Source: Nitrospirota bacterium (GTDB taxonomy: Bacteria > Nitrospirota > Thermodesulfovibrionia > Thermodesulfovibrionales > Dissulfurispiraceae). Taken from it: a stretch of 64,000 nucleotides of DNA. Under the pieces are notes generated by a model. That model saw only the letters and a program-made list of their open reading frames with translations, was not told the origin of the DNA and did no database searches. This document shows positions 54,543 to 64,000 of this stretch, one piece after another. The position numbers and the translations under genes were made by a program. Within the stretch, counting starts at the first letter, position 1. The number at the start of each line of letters is the position of its first letter. The stretch spans positions 177,442-241,441 of the forward strand of contig JBFLWF010000001.1 in assembly GCA_040758355.1 (NCBI GenBank). Reading direction: 5' to 3'.

Positions 54543-54599
54543 CTACCTGCACCCCCCTATTCTCTTTCCGCTCATGCGCTGGGTCATCTTCGTCTTCAT
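54543..54599 (-). repeat. Direct repeat copy 3 (encodes [21 protein letters not shown] overlaps trm112 stop)
   Basis: Read directly. Confidence 0.85.
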
Positions 54600-54763
54600 T
54601 TTATTTCAACCGCCTCGTCAATGAGCATTACAGGAATGTCGTCTTTTATCGGATACATGAGCTTGCATTTTTCGCAAATCAGACCGCTTTCTTCTTTGTA
54701 AATCAGATCCCCTTTGCATTTAGGACAGGCAAGGATTTCGAGCAATTCTTTGCTTATAGCCAT
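54596..54763 (-). CDS. Trm112/YcaR-family protein (55 aa), absent from the ORF track
   Basis: [19 protein letters not shown]...YPI.DDIPVML..EA. Confidence 0.92.
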   Translation of the reverse strand: MAISKELLEILACPKCKGDLIYKEESGLICEKCKLMYPIKDDIPVMLIDEAVEIK

Positions 54764-56179
54764 TTATCCCCCTTCTATCACCTTCGCTAATCTTTTTAAT
54801 ACCTTATCTTTTCCGACTATTTCAAGGACCTCAAAAAGTCCGGGGCTTGCTGTGCCTCCTGTGATTGCAACCCTCACAGGCTGGGCAATTGAACCTAATT
54901 TCAGTCCATGTCTTTCAACGAATGTATGAAAGACTTTTTCTATCTCCACTGCTGTAAAATCTGAAAGTCCTGATAGCAGTTCTTTTAATTCCGAAAGGTA
55001 TTTTATATTTTCTGGTTTCAGGAACTTTTCCTTAGCCTTCGGGTCAATATTCACATATTCAAGGATATAGTATTTCAATGAATTCGCAAGCTCCACAAGC
55101 GTTCTTACCCGCTCTTTAAGAGAGTTTACTGCCCTTGAGAGCCACTCCATATCAAGCTCCTGTCCTTCGGAGATGATGCCCTCCTTTATTAAAAAGGGAA
55201 TTGCCATTTCTGCGAGGTTTTTTGCATCCTCTTTGATAATGTACTGGCTGTTGAGCCAAAGGAGCTTTTCCGGATTAAATACTGCTGCTGATTTTCCGAT
55301 ATTTTCCAGCGAAAAGTATTTTATTAATTCGTCTTTAGTGAATACCTCCTGATCTCCGTATGCCCAGCCGAGCCTTACAAGGTAATTAACAAGGGCGTCA
55401 GGAAGATACCCCATGTCTTTATAAGCCATTACGGATGTAGCGCCGTGCCTTTTACTCAGCCTCGTCTTATCGGCTCCCAATATCATAGGAAGATGTCCGA
55501 ATGCAGGCGGCTCCCAGCCGAATGCCTTATAAATATGTATCTGCTTCGGGGTATTGTTCAGGTGGTCGTCTCCTCTTATGATGTGGGTTATTTCCATGTC
55601 TATGTCATCCACAACAACCACAAAGTTATAGGTTGGTGTACCGTCTGAGCGCATTATAATGAGGTCTTCAAGCTGGTTGTTCTCGAATTCAACAACCCCT
55701 TTTATGAGGTCGTTGACCACTGTCCGGCCTTCCTGTGGCATTTTGAATCTTATCGCAGATGGTTTGTCAGGTATCGGCTCTGAAAGGTTCCTGCACCTGC
55801 CGTCGTATTTAGGTGTTTTGCCTTGCGCAAGTGCCTCCTGTCTCCTTTGCTCCAGTTCTTCGGGGGTGCAATAACATCTATATGCCTTTCCTTCATTCAA
55901 GAGCCTTTCGACATAGCTCCTGTATATATCGAAGCGGTCTGTCTGTCTGTATGGACCCTCATCCCAATCGAGCTTCAACCACCTCATGCCCTCTATAATG
56001 GCCTCGATATACTCTTCCGTGGAACGGCTTCTGTCAGTATCCTCTATCCTGAGGATAAATGCCCCGTTATTATGCCTTGTAAACAGATAGTTGAAAAGGG
56101 CTGTTCTGGCGCCGCCGATATGGAGATGTCCTGTAGGGCTCGGTGCAAATCTGACGCGTATCTGCTTATTTTCGCTCAT
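54764..56179 (-). CDS. gltX: Glutamate--tRNA ligase
   Basis: [28 protein letters not shown]. Confidence 0.98.
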   Translation of the reverse strand: MSENKQIRVRFAPSPTGHLHIGGARTALFNYLFTRHNNGAFILRIEDTDRSRSTEEYIEAIIEGMRWLKLDWDEGPYRQTDRFDIYRSYVERLLNEGKAYRCYCTPEELEQRRQEALAQGKTPKYDGRCRNLSEPIPDKPSAIRFKMPQEGRTVVNDLIKGVVEFENNQLEDLIIMRSDGTPTYNFVVVVDDIDMEITHIIRGDDHLNNTPKQIHIYKAFGWEPPAFGHLPMILGADKTRLSKRHGATSVMAYKDMGYLPDALVNYLVRLGWAYGDQEVFTKDELIKYFSLENIGKSAAVFNPEKLLWLNSQYIIKEDAKNLAEMAIPFLIKEGIISEGQELDMEWLSRAVNSLKERVRTLVELANSLKYYILEYVNIDPKAKEKFLKPENIKYLSELKELLSGLSDFTAVEIEKVFHTFVERHGLKLGSIAQPVRVAITGGTASPGLFEVLEIVGKDKVLKRLAKVIEGG

Positions 56180-56237
56180 AGGGTTTACATTATAACACAG
56201 GGAGTTATTTGCCTACCAATTTACAAACCTTTACCAC

Positions 56238-56440
56238 AATCCGTAAGCATGCATTTATAAAGGTAAAGCAGGCATGGATGAGAAGCCTTTAGCAGCGATA
56301 CCTCAGCGCCGAGCCCTCCCGCTGTTTAAGGGCAATTTCAGTATTGCCTCTGCATTAAGCAGTATAAACAGGCAGCAAAATAATCTCATCGCATTGATAA
56401 AGGCTTTGAAGCCGTGCCTGCTTTGCTTACATTACGGATT
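56238..56440. repeat. ~203-bp long imperfect inverted-repeat element between gltX and rpsO
   Basis: AATCCGTAA/TTACGGATT ends; AAAGCAGGCATGG/CCGTGCCTGCTTT; AAGCCTTTA..GCGAT/ATCGC..TAAAGGCTT. Confidence 0.75.
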
Positions 56441-56522
56441 ATGGCCTTTACAGAAAATAAGGCCATGTGCTAACCTATTAGTCTGGAAAATTAGTTATTC
56501 TCCATAGAAAGGTGGTGATGAA

Positions 56523-56792
56523 ATGGCACTGGATACCGTTAAGAAAAGGGATATTATCGAATCATTTAAGATTCATGGCCATGACACGGGCTCTCCCGAG
56601 GTGCAGATTGCACTTTTATCCGAAAGGATAACTTATCTTACAGAGCATTTTAAGACCCACAAAAAAGACCATCATTCAAGAAGAGGGCTTTTAAAGCTCG
56701 TTGCACAGAGGAAGAGACTTCTCAATTACCTTAAGACTGCTGACAAAGGCCGTTATGATAAGGTTATAGAACGACTTGGCCTCAGGAAATAG
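56523..56792 (+). CDS. rpsO: 30S ribosomal protein S15
   Basis: [23 protein letters not shown]. Confidence 0.98.
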   Translation: MALDTVKKRDIIESFKIHGHDTGSPEVQIALLSERITYLTEHFKTHKKDHHSRRGLLKLVAQRKRLLNYLKTADKGRYDKVIERLGLRK

Positions 56793-56827
56793 GAACGGAA
56801 ATAATAATAAGGAGATAAAAAGGTAAT

Positions 56828-58954
56828 TTGATGACTAACGTAGAGCTTGATATTAAAGGAAAAAGTCTGGTTATAGAGACAGGACAGATGGCGAGGCAGT
56901 CGGGCGGCGCTGTGGTTGTAAAGTATGGAGATACTGTTATTCTTGCTACGGCAGTTGCGGATAAAAGGGTAAAAGAAGGGCTGGATTTTTTCCCGCTTAC
57001 TATTGATTATCAGGAGAAGACATATTCAGCAGGCAAGATACCTGGGGGCTTTTTTAAGAGGGAAGGCAAGCCTTCCGAGAAAGAGGTCTTGACATCCCGC
57101 CTCATTGACAGGCCTATCAGGCCATTATTTCCAAAGGGATTTTATTCAGAGACACAGGGAATAGCATCCGTACTATCCTACGGCAGCGAAAATGTGTCGG
57201 ATATACTTGGAATAATCGGCATGTCTGCGGCAGTTCACATATCGGATATCCCCTTTGACGGTCCTGTGGGTGCGGTCAGGGTTGGCCGGCTTAAGAATGA
57301 TGACGGCGGCAATTTGATCATTAATCCTGATTTGTCTGAAGTGGAGAATCTCGATCTTAATCTCGTTGTAGCAGGCACAGAAGATGCGATAATCATGGTG
57401 GAAGGCGGAGGCTCCGAGGTATCGGAGGCCCTGCTTCTTGAGGCCATTGATTATGCCCATCAGGAGATCAAGAGGATAGTGGCTCTCCAGAATGAATTAA
57501 GGAGTTTGGTCGGAAAGGAAAAGAGGGGATTGATCCCTGTCACAGAAAAGCCTGAATTTAAAAGAGAGATAAGGGCGTTTGTCGCTGACAGATTAAAAGA
57601 GGCTATCCGTATACCCGGCAAACAGCGCAGGCAGGAGGCCCTCGATATAATACTCGAAGACGCAATAAAGCATTTTAATACACTCGAAAATGGAGAAAAA
57701 TTCTTTGGGGATTCGACAAAGGATCTCACAAGGGATATAGCCAATATATTCGATGATTATGAAAAAGAGATTGTAAGGAACATGATACTTCAGGAGGGCG
57801 TGAGGGCAGACGGCAGGAAGTCCGATGAGATAAGGCATATATCGTGCCACATGGGGTTTCTTCCAAGGGCCCACGGTTCAGCGCTCTTTATAAGGGGCGA
57901 GACACAGTCCCTTGTTGTAACCACCCTCGGCACTGCTGAAGATGAGCAGAAGATAGATTCCCTCGAAGGGGAGACTTACAAGTCATTTATGCTCCATTAT
58001 AATTTTCCACCCTTCAGCGTGGGTGAGGTAAAACCCCTCCGCTCACCTGGAAGAAGGGAGATAGGCCACGGGGCCCTCGCAGAAAGAGCAGTGAAATATG
58101 TGATCCCTAAGAAAGAGGTTTTCCCTTATACCATAAGGATTGTCTCGGACATTCTTGAGTCCAACGGTTCATCTTCTATGGCAACGGTATGCGGCACTAC
58201 GCTTTCGTTGATGGATGCAGGCGTTCCAATATCAGCGCCTGTTGCAGGCATTGCAATGGGACTTATAAAAGAGGAAGAAAAGGTTGTTGTCCTGACAGAC
58301 ATCCTCGGGCTTGAAGACCATTTGGGCGATATGGACTTCAAGGTTGCAGGAACAGAGAACGGCATTACAGCTTTCCAGATGGATGTAAAGATAAGCGGCG
58401 TAAGCCGCGAAATCCTCCGGAACGCCCTTGAGCAGGCGCGGCTTGGAAGGCTTCACATCCTCGGCAAGATGAAGGAGGCAATGCCTTCTCCAAGGAAGGA
58501 GCTTTCTCCTCACGCACCGAGGATATACACCATGCAGATAAAACAGGACAAGATAAGGGATGTCATAGGCACCGGAGGAAAGGTAATAAGAGGGATCATA
58601 GAGCAGACAGGCGTTAAGATAGATATAAACGATGCAGGAGTTATCAATATAGCATCTCCTGATGAAGAATCGGCTAAAAAGGCGATAGATATTATAAGCG
58701 GCATTGTTGCAGAGGCAGAGCTCGGAAAGATATACATGGGAAAAGTGGTTCGCATAGCCGATTTCGGGGCATTTGTGGAGATACTTCCGGGCGTTGACGG
58801 ACTTTTGCATATATCGCAGATATCTGAAAAGAGGATAGCAAAGGTCACGGATGAGCTGAATGTCGGTGATGAGGTTCTGGTAAAGGTCATCGAGATAGAC
58901 AATCAGGGAAGGGTCAGGCTCAGCAGAAAAGAAGCGATGCGAGAGAAATCCTAA
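56828..58954 (+). CDS. pnp: Polyribonucleotide nucleotidyltransferase
   Basis: FFPL..DY.E, GKIPGGF.KREG, HYNFPPFSVGE, SNGSSSMA, GDMDFKVAG, KH and S1 domains. Confidence 0.98.
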   Translation: MMTNVELDIKGKSLVIETGQMARQSGGAVVVKYGDTVILATAVADKRVKEGLDFFPLTIDYQEKTYSAGKIPGGFFKREGKPSEKEVLTSRLIDRPIRPLFPKGFYSETQGIASVLSYGSENVSDILGIIGMSAAVHISDIPFDGPVGAVRVGRLKNDDGGNLIINPDLSEVENLDLNLVVAGTEDAIIMVEGGGSEVSEALLLEAIDYAHQEIKRIVALQNELRSLVGKEKRGLIPVTEKPEFKREIRAFVADRLKEAIRIPGKQRRQEALDIILEDAIKHFNTLENGEKFFGDSTKDLTRDIANIFDDYEKEIVRNMILQEGVRADGRKSDEIRHISCHMGFLPRAHGSALFIRGETQSLVVTTLGTAEDEQKIDSLEGETYKSFMLHYNFPPFSVGEVKPLRSPGRREIGHGALAERAVKYVIPKKEVFPYTIRIVSDILESNGSSSMATVCGTTLSLMDAGVPISAPVAGIAMGLIKEEEKVVVLTDILGLEDHLGDMDFKVAGTENGITAFQMDVKISGVSREILRNALEQARLGRLHILGKMKEAMPSPRKELSPHAPRIYTMQIKQDKIRDVIGTGGKVIRGIIEQTGVKIDINDAGVINIASPDEESAKKAIDIISGIVAEAELGKIYMGKVVRIADFGAFVEILPGVDGLLHISQISEKRIAKVTDELNVGDEVLVKVIEIDNQGRVRLSRKEAMREKS

Positions 58955-59020
58955 ATCCGAAACCCTAAATTCTAAACGAGCAAACTCGGTTTGGGATTTA
59001 GATTTTGGAATTTAGGGTTT
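58946..59020. repeat. Inverted pair of heptamer arrays (AAATCCT-like / AGGGTTT-like) forming a hairpin after pnp
   Basis: AAATCCT AAATCCG AAACCCT AAATTCT .. TGGGATT TAGATTT TGGAATT TAGGGTTT. Confidence 0.85.
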
Positions 59021-59032
59021 GTTTCTAAATCT

Positions 59033-60277
59033 ATGTTTACAAAACGCCATCTTGATAACGGTATCCCTGTGGTAATGGAGCAGTTGAAGAACTACCGCTC
59101 CGTGATATTGGGGATATGGGTCAAGGTCGGCTCCCGCAACGAAATCCGCGACAAAAACGGCATATCCCACTTCCTTGAGCACATGTTTTTTAAAGGCACA
59201 AAGAAACGCACTCCAACAGATATTTCCATTGACATAGATTCCCTCGGCGGCGACCTCAATGCCTTTACATCGAGGGAAAACACGGCATTCTATGTAAAGG
59301 TACTTGACGAGTATATCGATAAAGGCATCGAGCTGCTTTCGGATATATTCCTCCACTCCACCTTTCCGCAGGAGGAGATAGAAAAGGAAAAGGGTGTCAT
59401 AAAGGAAGAGATAAAACTTGTGGAGGACACACCAGATGACTATATACACGACCTCTTCAGCAGGACGGTCTGGGGCGATGCAGGTCTCGGCCAGCCTGTT
59501 CTGGGCAGACGGGAGACAATAAAGACATTCACCCACGAGGATCTGATCAGCCATGTAAGAAAGTATTACGGCACATCGGATACTGTAGTGGCATGTGCAG
59601 GCAATTTCGAGCCAGACCATGTCATGAACCTGCTCAGCCACCATCTTGGAGGCCTCAGGAGAGGCTCCGAGCCAGAGTTGTTCTCTCCTCCATCCTTTAA
59701 GAGCGAGATTGCTGTATATCCAAAGGACCTGTCAGAGGCCCACATATGTTTTGGGGTCGAGGGGCTGCCATATGCAAGTGAAGACAGATACGCAATAGCC
59801 ATCTTGAACTCCATTGTCGGCTCAAGCGTGAGTTCCCGTCTCTTTCAGGAAATAAGAGAGAAGAAGGGTTATGCATACTCCATTTATTCCTTCGTATCAT
59901 CGTATCTTGATACAGGCTTCTGGGCAGTGTATGCAGGCACAGGAAGGAAAAAGGCCTTAACTGTCACAGAACTCATAATCAAAGAGATGAAGGGACTTTA
60001 TGAAACCATATCCGATGTTGAACTGAAAAGGGCAAAGGACCAGTTGAAAGGGAATCTTGTGCTGGGGCTCGAATCCACAAGCAGCAGGATGCAGAGCATT
60101 GCCCGTCAGGAGATATATTACGGCAGGTATTTTTCGCAAAAGGAAATAATGAAAGAAGTGGAAGCAGTAACCCTCGGCCAGATAAAGGATCTATCAAAGC
60201 GCCTTATCAACGACGGCAAGATGAGCCTTACGGTTCTCGGACCTGTGAAGGGAGAAGATTTTAAGGGATTGTTTTGA
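59033..60277 (+). CDS. M16 (pitrilysin-family) zinc peptidase
   Basis: GSR.E, G.SHFLEHM.FKGT, NAFT..E.T, SRLFQ..RE..G.AY. Confidence 0.93.
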   Translation: MFTKRHLDNGIPVVMEQLKNYRSVILGIWVKVGSRNEIRDKNGISHFLEHMFFKGTKKRTPTDISIDIDSLGGDLNAFTSRENTAFYVKVLDEYIDKGIELLSDIFLHSTFPQEEIEKEKGVIKEEIKLVEDTPDDYIHDLFSRTVWGDAGLGQPVLGRRETIKTFTHEDLISHVRKYYGTSDTVVACAGNFEPDHVMNLLSHHLGGLRRGSEPELFSPPSFKSEIAVYPKDLSEAHICFGVEGLPYASEDRYAIAILNSIVGSSVSSRLFQEIREKKGYAYSIYSFVSSYLDTGFWAVYAGTGRKKALTVTELIIKEMKGLYETISDVELKRAKDQLKGNLVLGLESTSSRMQSIARQEIYYGRYFSQKEIMKEVEAVTLGQIKDLSKRLINDGKMSLTVLGPVKGEDFKGLF

Positions 60278-61941
60278 TGCTTCGGGAATTAAGGATCAAA
60301 AACTTCACCATCATCGATGACCTTTCCATAAATTTTGAACCAGGCCTCAATGTCCTCACCGGTGAGACAGGCGCCGGAAAATCGATAATTGTGGATGCAA
60401 TCGGTCTCATCCTCGGCGATAAGGCCTCTCCTGATATGATAAAGACAGGGAGCGGGGAGTCGAGCATCGAGGCATACTTTGACAATAAAAACCATCCGCT
60501 CCTTGAAGCTCTTGATATAGACAGCGATGACGGAGTAATGATAAGAAGAAACATATCTGCCCAGGGTAAAGGAAGGGCGTATATAAATGACACATCCGTA
60601 AGCCTCCAGACACTTGCCGGCATCGGTGAAGGCCTCATCGATATCCACGGGCAGCACGAACATCAGGGACTTTTAAAAAAGGACAACCACCTTCTTTTTC
60701 TCGATAGCTTTGCAGGATTAACAGAGGATGCTGCTTCTTTGCAGGCTTTATACAACGAGGTTATCAGCTTGCGGAATAAAGTAAATGAACTGAAGGAGCG
60801 CATCCGCGAGAGGAACCAGAGGATAGAATTCCTGAGATTTCAGATAAATGAGATAGAATCGGCCAATTTAAAGAATGGGGAAAGAGAAGCCATTGAAGAG
60901 GAAATGAAGATACTCCTCAATCTCAGCAGACTCAAGGAGTCTTCAGAAACAGCATACAGCCTGATTTATGATTCTGAAGGCTCATGCCTTGAGCAGATGT
61001 CCAATGCTGCATCTAAAATAAGGGATATGCTCAATTTTGACCCTGATGCAAAGGAACTCCTCGATATTGTTGAATCAACGATTCCTCAGATAGAGGACGC
61101 TGCATTGCTCCTCCGCAGGTTTAAGGATAAGTATGATATAGACCCTCAAAGGCTCACGGAACTGGATGAGAGGCTTGATCTGATAAAAAGGATCGAGAAG
61201 AAATACGGCAAAGGTGTCGATGAAATACTGAAATACAGGGACAAGGCTGAAGAAGAGATGAAGGGTCTCGAATATGCTGATGAACAGCAGGAGGCATTAG
61301 AAGCAGAGCTTAATGCAAAAGACAACGAGCTTAAGGCCATGGCAGGAGGACTTTCCCAAAAAAGAGGGGCAACTGCAAAGAAGATGGAGAAGATGGTTGT
61401 CTCGGAACTCCATGAACTCGGATTTCAAAAGGCTGATTTCAAGGTGGATATAAAAAAGAAAGATGCCGTTACAGCAAGCGGCATCGATGATGTGGAATTT
61501 TTATTCAGCGCAAATCCAGGAGAGCCGGCTAAATCGTTGATAAAGGTTGCATCAGGCGGTGAACTGTCGAGGATTATACTTGCGCTGAAATGTATTGAAA
61601 TAAAAGAGGCGATAGGCAATAGGCTAAAGGCTAAGGGCGAAAGGACACTTATCTTCGACGAGGTGGATGCAGGCATAGGCGGTATTACTGCACAGCATGT
61701 GGGAAAGAGGCTGAAGGCCATTTCGAATAATTATCAGGTGCTCTGCATTACCCACCTGCCGCAGATAGCAGCCATGGCTGACAATCATTTGAAGGTCGAA
61801 AAGGTTATGGGCAAGGATGCGGTAAAAGTTAGTATCGAGCCATTGACTGGTAATAAGAGGCAGGATGAGATTGCGAGGATGCTGAGCGGAAAGATCACGG
61901 ATGTGTCGCTTAAACATGCAAAGGAGTTGCTCGGCGTTTAA
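60274..61941 (+). CDS. recN: DNA repair protein RecN
   Basis: TGETGAGKS, IHGQH, ASGGELSR, FDEVD.G, ITHLPQ.A, EIARML.G. Confidence 0.97.
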   Translation: MMLRELRIKNFTIIDDLSINFEPGLNVLTGETGAGKSIIVDAIGLILGDKASPDMIKTGSGESSIEAYFDNKNHPLLEALDIDSDDGVMIRRNISAQGKGRAYINDTSVSLQTLAGIGEGLIDIHGQHEHQGLLKKDNHLLFLDSFAGLTEDAASLQALYNEVISLRNKVNELKERIRERNQRIEFLRFQINEIESANLKNGEREAIEEEMKILLNLSRLKESSETAYSLIYDSEGSCLEQMSNAASKIRDMLNFDPDAKELLDIVESTIPQIEDAALLLRRFKDKYDIDPQRLTELDERLDLIKRIEKKYGKGVDEILKYRDKAEEEMKGLEYADEQQEALEAELNAKDNELKAMAGGLSQKRGATAKKMEKMVVSELHELGFQKADFKVDIKKKDAVTASGIDDVEFLFSANPGEPAKSLIKVASGGELSRIILALKCIEIKEAIGNRLKAKGERTLIFDEVDAGIGGITAQHVGKRLKAISNNYQVLCITHLPQIAAMADNHLKVEKVMGKDAVKVSIEPLTGNKRQDEIARMLSGKITDVSLKHAKELLGV

Positions 61942-61996
61942 ACCTGAATTACGCATGGTATGGCAACAGGCGTGCATCAAAGCCTTTACCTTTATA

Positions 61997-62208
61997 CCTA
62001 AGTTAAGCGATTATATATGTCAGGCACGGCTCAAAGACTTTAAAAAGTGCTATTTCAAGTGTATTATAGGAGATTATAAATGCATCACCCAACAAGTATC
62101 CAATGTAGTAGATGACGGATACAAGATAAATGTTAATACAAGTGCGGGGTTTAAAGTCCTTTCGCCGCACCTGACATATATTTATAGATTAGAATCGCTC
62201 AATTTGGG
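61997..62208. mobile_element. MITE-like palindromic element, copy 3
   Basis: CCTAAGTTAAGCGATT..ATATGTCAGG / CCTGACATAT..AATCGCTCAATTTGGG; colinear with copies 1-2. Confidence 0.8.
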
Positions 62209-62228
62209 TTAAAATATCAGGTGGCATA

Positions 62229-62465
62229 ATGACAAAAACTGCAAAAAAAGAAATGAAAGGGAAGATTGTTATTAACAGGGAGTTGTGCAAAGGCTGTAAA
62301 TACTGCATAATGGCATGTCCGAAAGGCTCTATAGTAATAGACAGGAAGTTCAACAGTATGGGCTATTTCCCCGCGCGCTTCGAACATCCCGAAAAATGCA
62401 CTGGCTGCGCAATATGCGCCCAGATGTGTCCTGAAATAGCGATAGAGGTATGGAGAGAAGATTAA
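62229..62465 (+). CDS. 2[4Fe-4S] ferredoxin (2-oxoacid oxidoreductase delta-subunit-like)
   Basis: CKGCKYC...CP and CTGCAICA..CP. Confidence 0.92.
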   Translation: MTKTAKKEMKGKIVINRELCKGCKYCIMACPKGSIVIDRKFNSMGYFPARFEHPEKCTGCAICAQMCPEIAIEVWRED

Positions 62466-62482
62466 TTTCGGAGGTATATTTT

Positions 62483-62698
62483 ATGGCAGATAAGGTTATT
62501 ATTTATGGCAAGGCAGGCTGACCATTTACCGAAAAGGCCCTGTCGGACTTCGGTGCCAAGGCAGCATACTTTGATGTGAAATTAGATAGTGAAAAGATGA
62601 AAGAGATGTTGAAATATTCAAAGGGCATAAGAAAGGTACCCATCATTGTTGAAGGGGAAAATGTAACTATCGGCTACGGAGGCTCCTGAGGAGTCTGA
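62483..62698 (+). CDS. UXX-star glutaredoxin-like selenoprotein (71 aa, Sec at codons 13 and 69)
   Basis: GGAGG SD; IYGKAG-U-PFT..VP.IV.G..V.IGYGGS-U-GV*; in-frame TGA at 62519 and 62687, each followed by a hairpin. Confidence 0.85.
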
Positions 62699-62848
62699 TT
62701 GCCGTAAGTTTACGGAATTAACATAGGCGATTGACATATTCTGTTAACGGAGTTAGAGTTAAAGGAAAATAAAATAAAAAATGGCTTGTAACAATATAAA
62801 TAGATCGAAAATATATACAATGCCTTTATTGATACTAATTCAGGGAAT

Positions 62849-63876
62849 ATGAAAGCATTAGACTTTAAAGAAGTAGCTCACTTAATAAACAATAGCAGAG
62901 TTACTGAAATTAATCTTGAACCAGAAAAATCTGAAACTGGAAGGTGGGCTCTTTATCGCGGTGTTAATAAAGTTCCACATTTCAAATATAATTTTTATGT
63001 TTTATATCTTTATTCCGATTCAACAAAAGATTCTATTGTAAATGCGGCGAAAGCTATTATTAATTCAAAAAAATACACAGGTAGTTTATGCCCCTTCTAT
63101 CAGTCCATATATTAAAAGTGAACTCAATAAGATATTTAAAGATGTTGCAGGGATTAGAAATACAACGGAATATTTGTCTTCTTTTGTTCAAGATCAACTA
63201 CGAGCGTATACTGATAAAATTTGTTCTCTTACTCCACCTTATTTTATTTACCCACCGTATGAAGCACCGAGTGGCTTTAGAAGAAAATACCCAAATCCGC
63301 TTTTGTTGTTTCTTACAGATAACCATCCAGAAATAAAAGAGAAAGGTGCTCTGAGTATTTTGATAGCAGAGCCTGGTCAAGGAAAAACTTATACTGGCCG
63401 ATATTTAGCATCTGAATTATGCAAACAAAATATGATTCCCATTTATGTCAATTCAGAACAATGGTTTAACTTAACACCTGAAGATCTTTCTTCTCTCTGG
63501 AAAACAATATCTTATTCTTTTAAGTATTTCGCTACACCTATTGATTGGATCGAAGGTTGTGAACAGGAATTTTTGCAAGTTACTCTAAAAGCTGGACTAT
63601 TTAGAATAATATTTGATGGATTTGATGAATATATTTTGTGGAACCGTGGAAAAGTTGATGCTAATGAAACTCTTAAAAGTCTTATTCAACTTACTGTAGC
63701 ATCAGATTCTCGTATATTAATAACTTCTCGTACATCTTTTTGGTACTCTGAGATACAGGAAAACTGTTTTGAAGTTGAGCCAATTAGACCGTATATTTAT
63801 AAAATACATCCTTTCGATCATAATGAAGCGAAGAATTATTTTGATAAACGGTTTCCTGCCGATGATAATAAAATAA
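62849..63876 (+). pseudogene. NACHT/STAND NTPase gene, frameshifted at an A7 run (63067-63073) and truncated by an IS
   Basis: Walker A AEPGQGKT, Walker B IIFDGFDE, ILITSR; the two ORFs join if one A is removed. Confidence 0.75.
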
Positions 63877-64000
63877 GGCTCTTCGTGTAATCGAGTGGGT
63901 CATTTTATATCTCCTTGAGCATACATGTAAGTATTTTCAGGCGCAGATACTCCTCGTCTCTGAGACCGTAAGCCCTTCTCTGTATAACACGAATTTTGTT
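63877..64000 (-). mobile_element. ISL3-family IS, right end (transposase C-terminus 63905-64000; continues beyond window)
   Basis: Minus frame NKIRVIQRRAYGLRDEEYLRLKILTCML*; terminal GGCTCT at 63877 next to AT-rich TAAAATAA. Confidence 0.85.

Noticed and set aside
56445..56522. S15 autoregulatory leader upstream of rpsO
   Set aside because: Plausible by position, but I could not establish a structure by eye

Overview
Bacterial chromosomal window, probably from an anaerobic Nitrospirota/Desulfobacterota-type organism (inference from gene content). 875-21067 (-) is a 21-gene cobamide operon behind a cobalamin riboswitch and terminator. It is of the anaerobic cbi type but has cobF where cbiD would be expected, and it ends in a BPL_N-like gene and a BzaF-type ThiC paralogue. 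Then come tmRNA-smpB, aat, hfq, guaBA, ispA-dxs-tlyA, polyamine genes, CIRCE-hrcA-grpE-dnaK-dnaJ and rsmE-rsfS-rlmH-lapAB. A HARP protein-only RNase P converges on tRNA-Leu, a small ORF and a Pab1020-type RNA ligase, followed by glnS. 46.8-54.6 kb is an accessory island: orphan MqsA/DUF4065 antitoxin; MORC-type ATPase/histidine kinase, receiver, DUF2290-like and N6-adenine methyltransferase genes; vapBC. It is punctuated by three ~51-bp direct repeats that conserve a tiny ORF. The window ends with trm112, gltX, rpsO-pnp, an M16 peptidase, recN, a ferredoxin, a two-Sec UXX-star selenoprotein and a frameshifted NACHT gene cut by an ISL3 element. The most striking non-gene signals are >25 short 7/8/9-nt tandem arrays sitting in frame inside conserved genes (even forming the CbiM and CbiN leaders) and a ~210-bp palindromic MITE-like family. 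All calls come from reading motifs by eye; no database searches were run.
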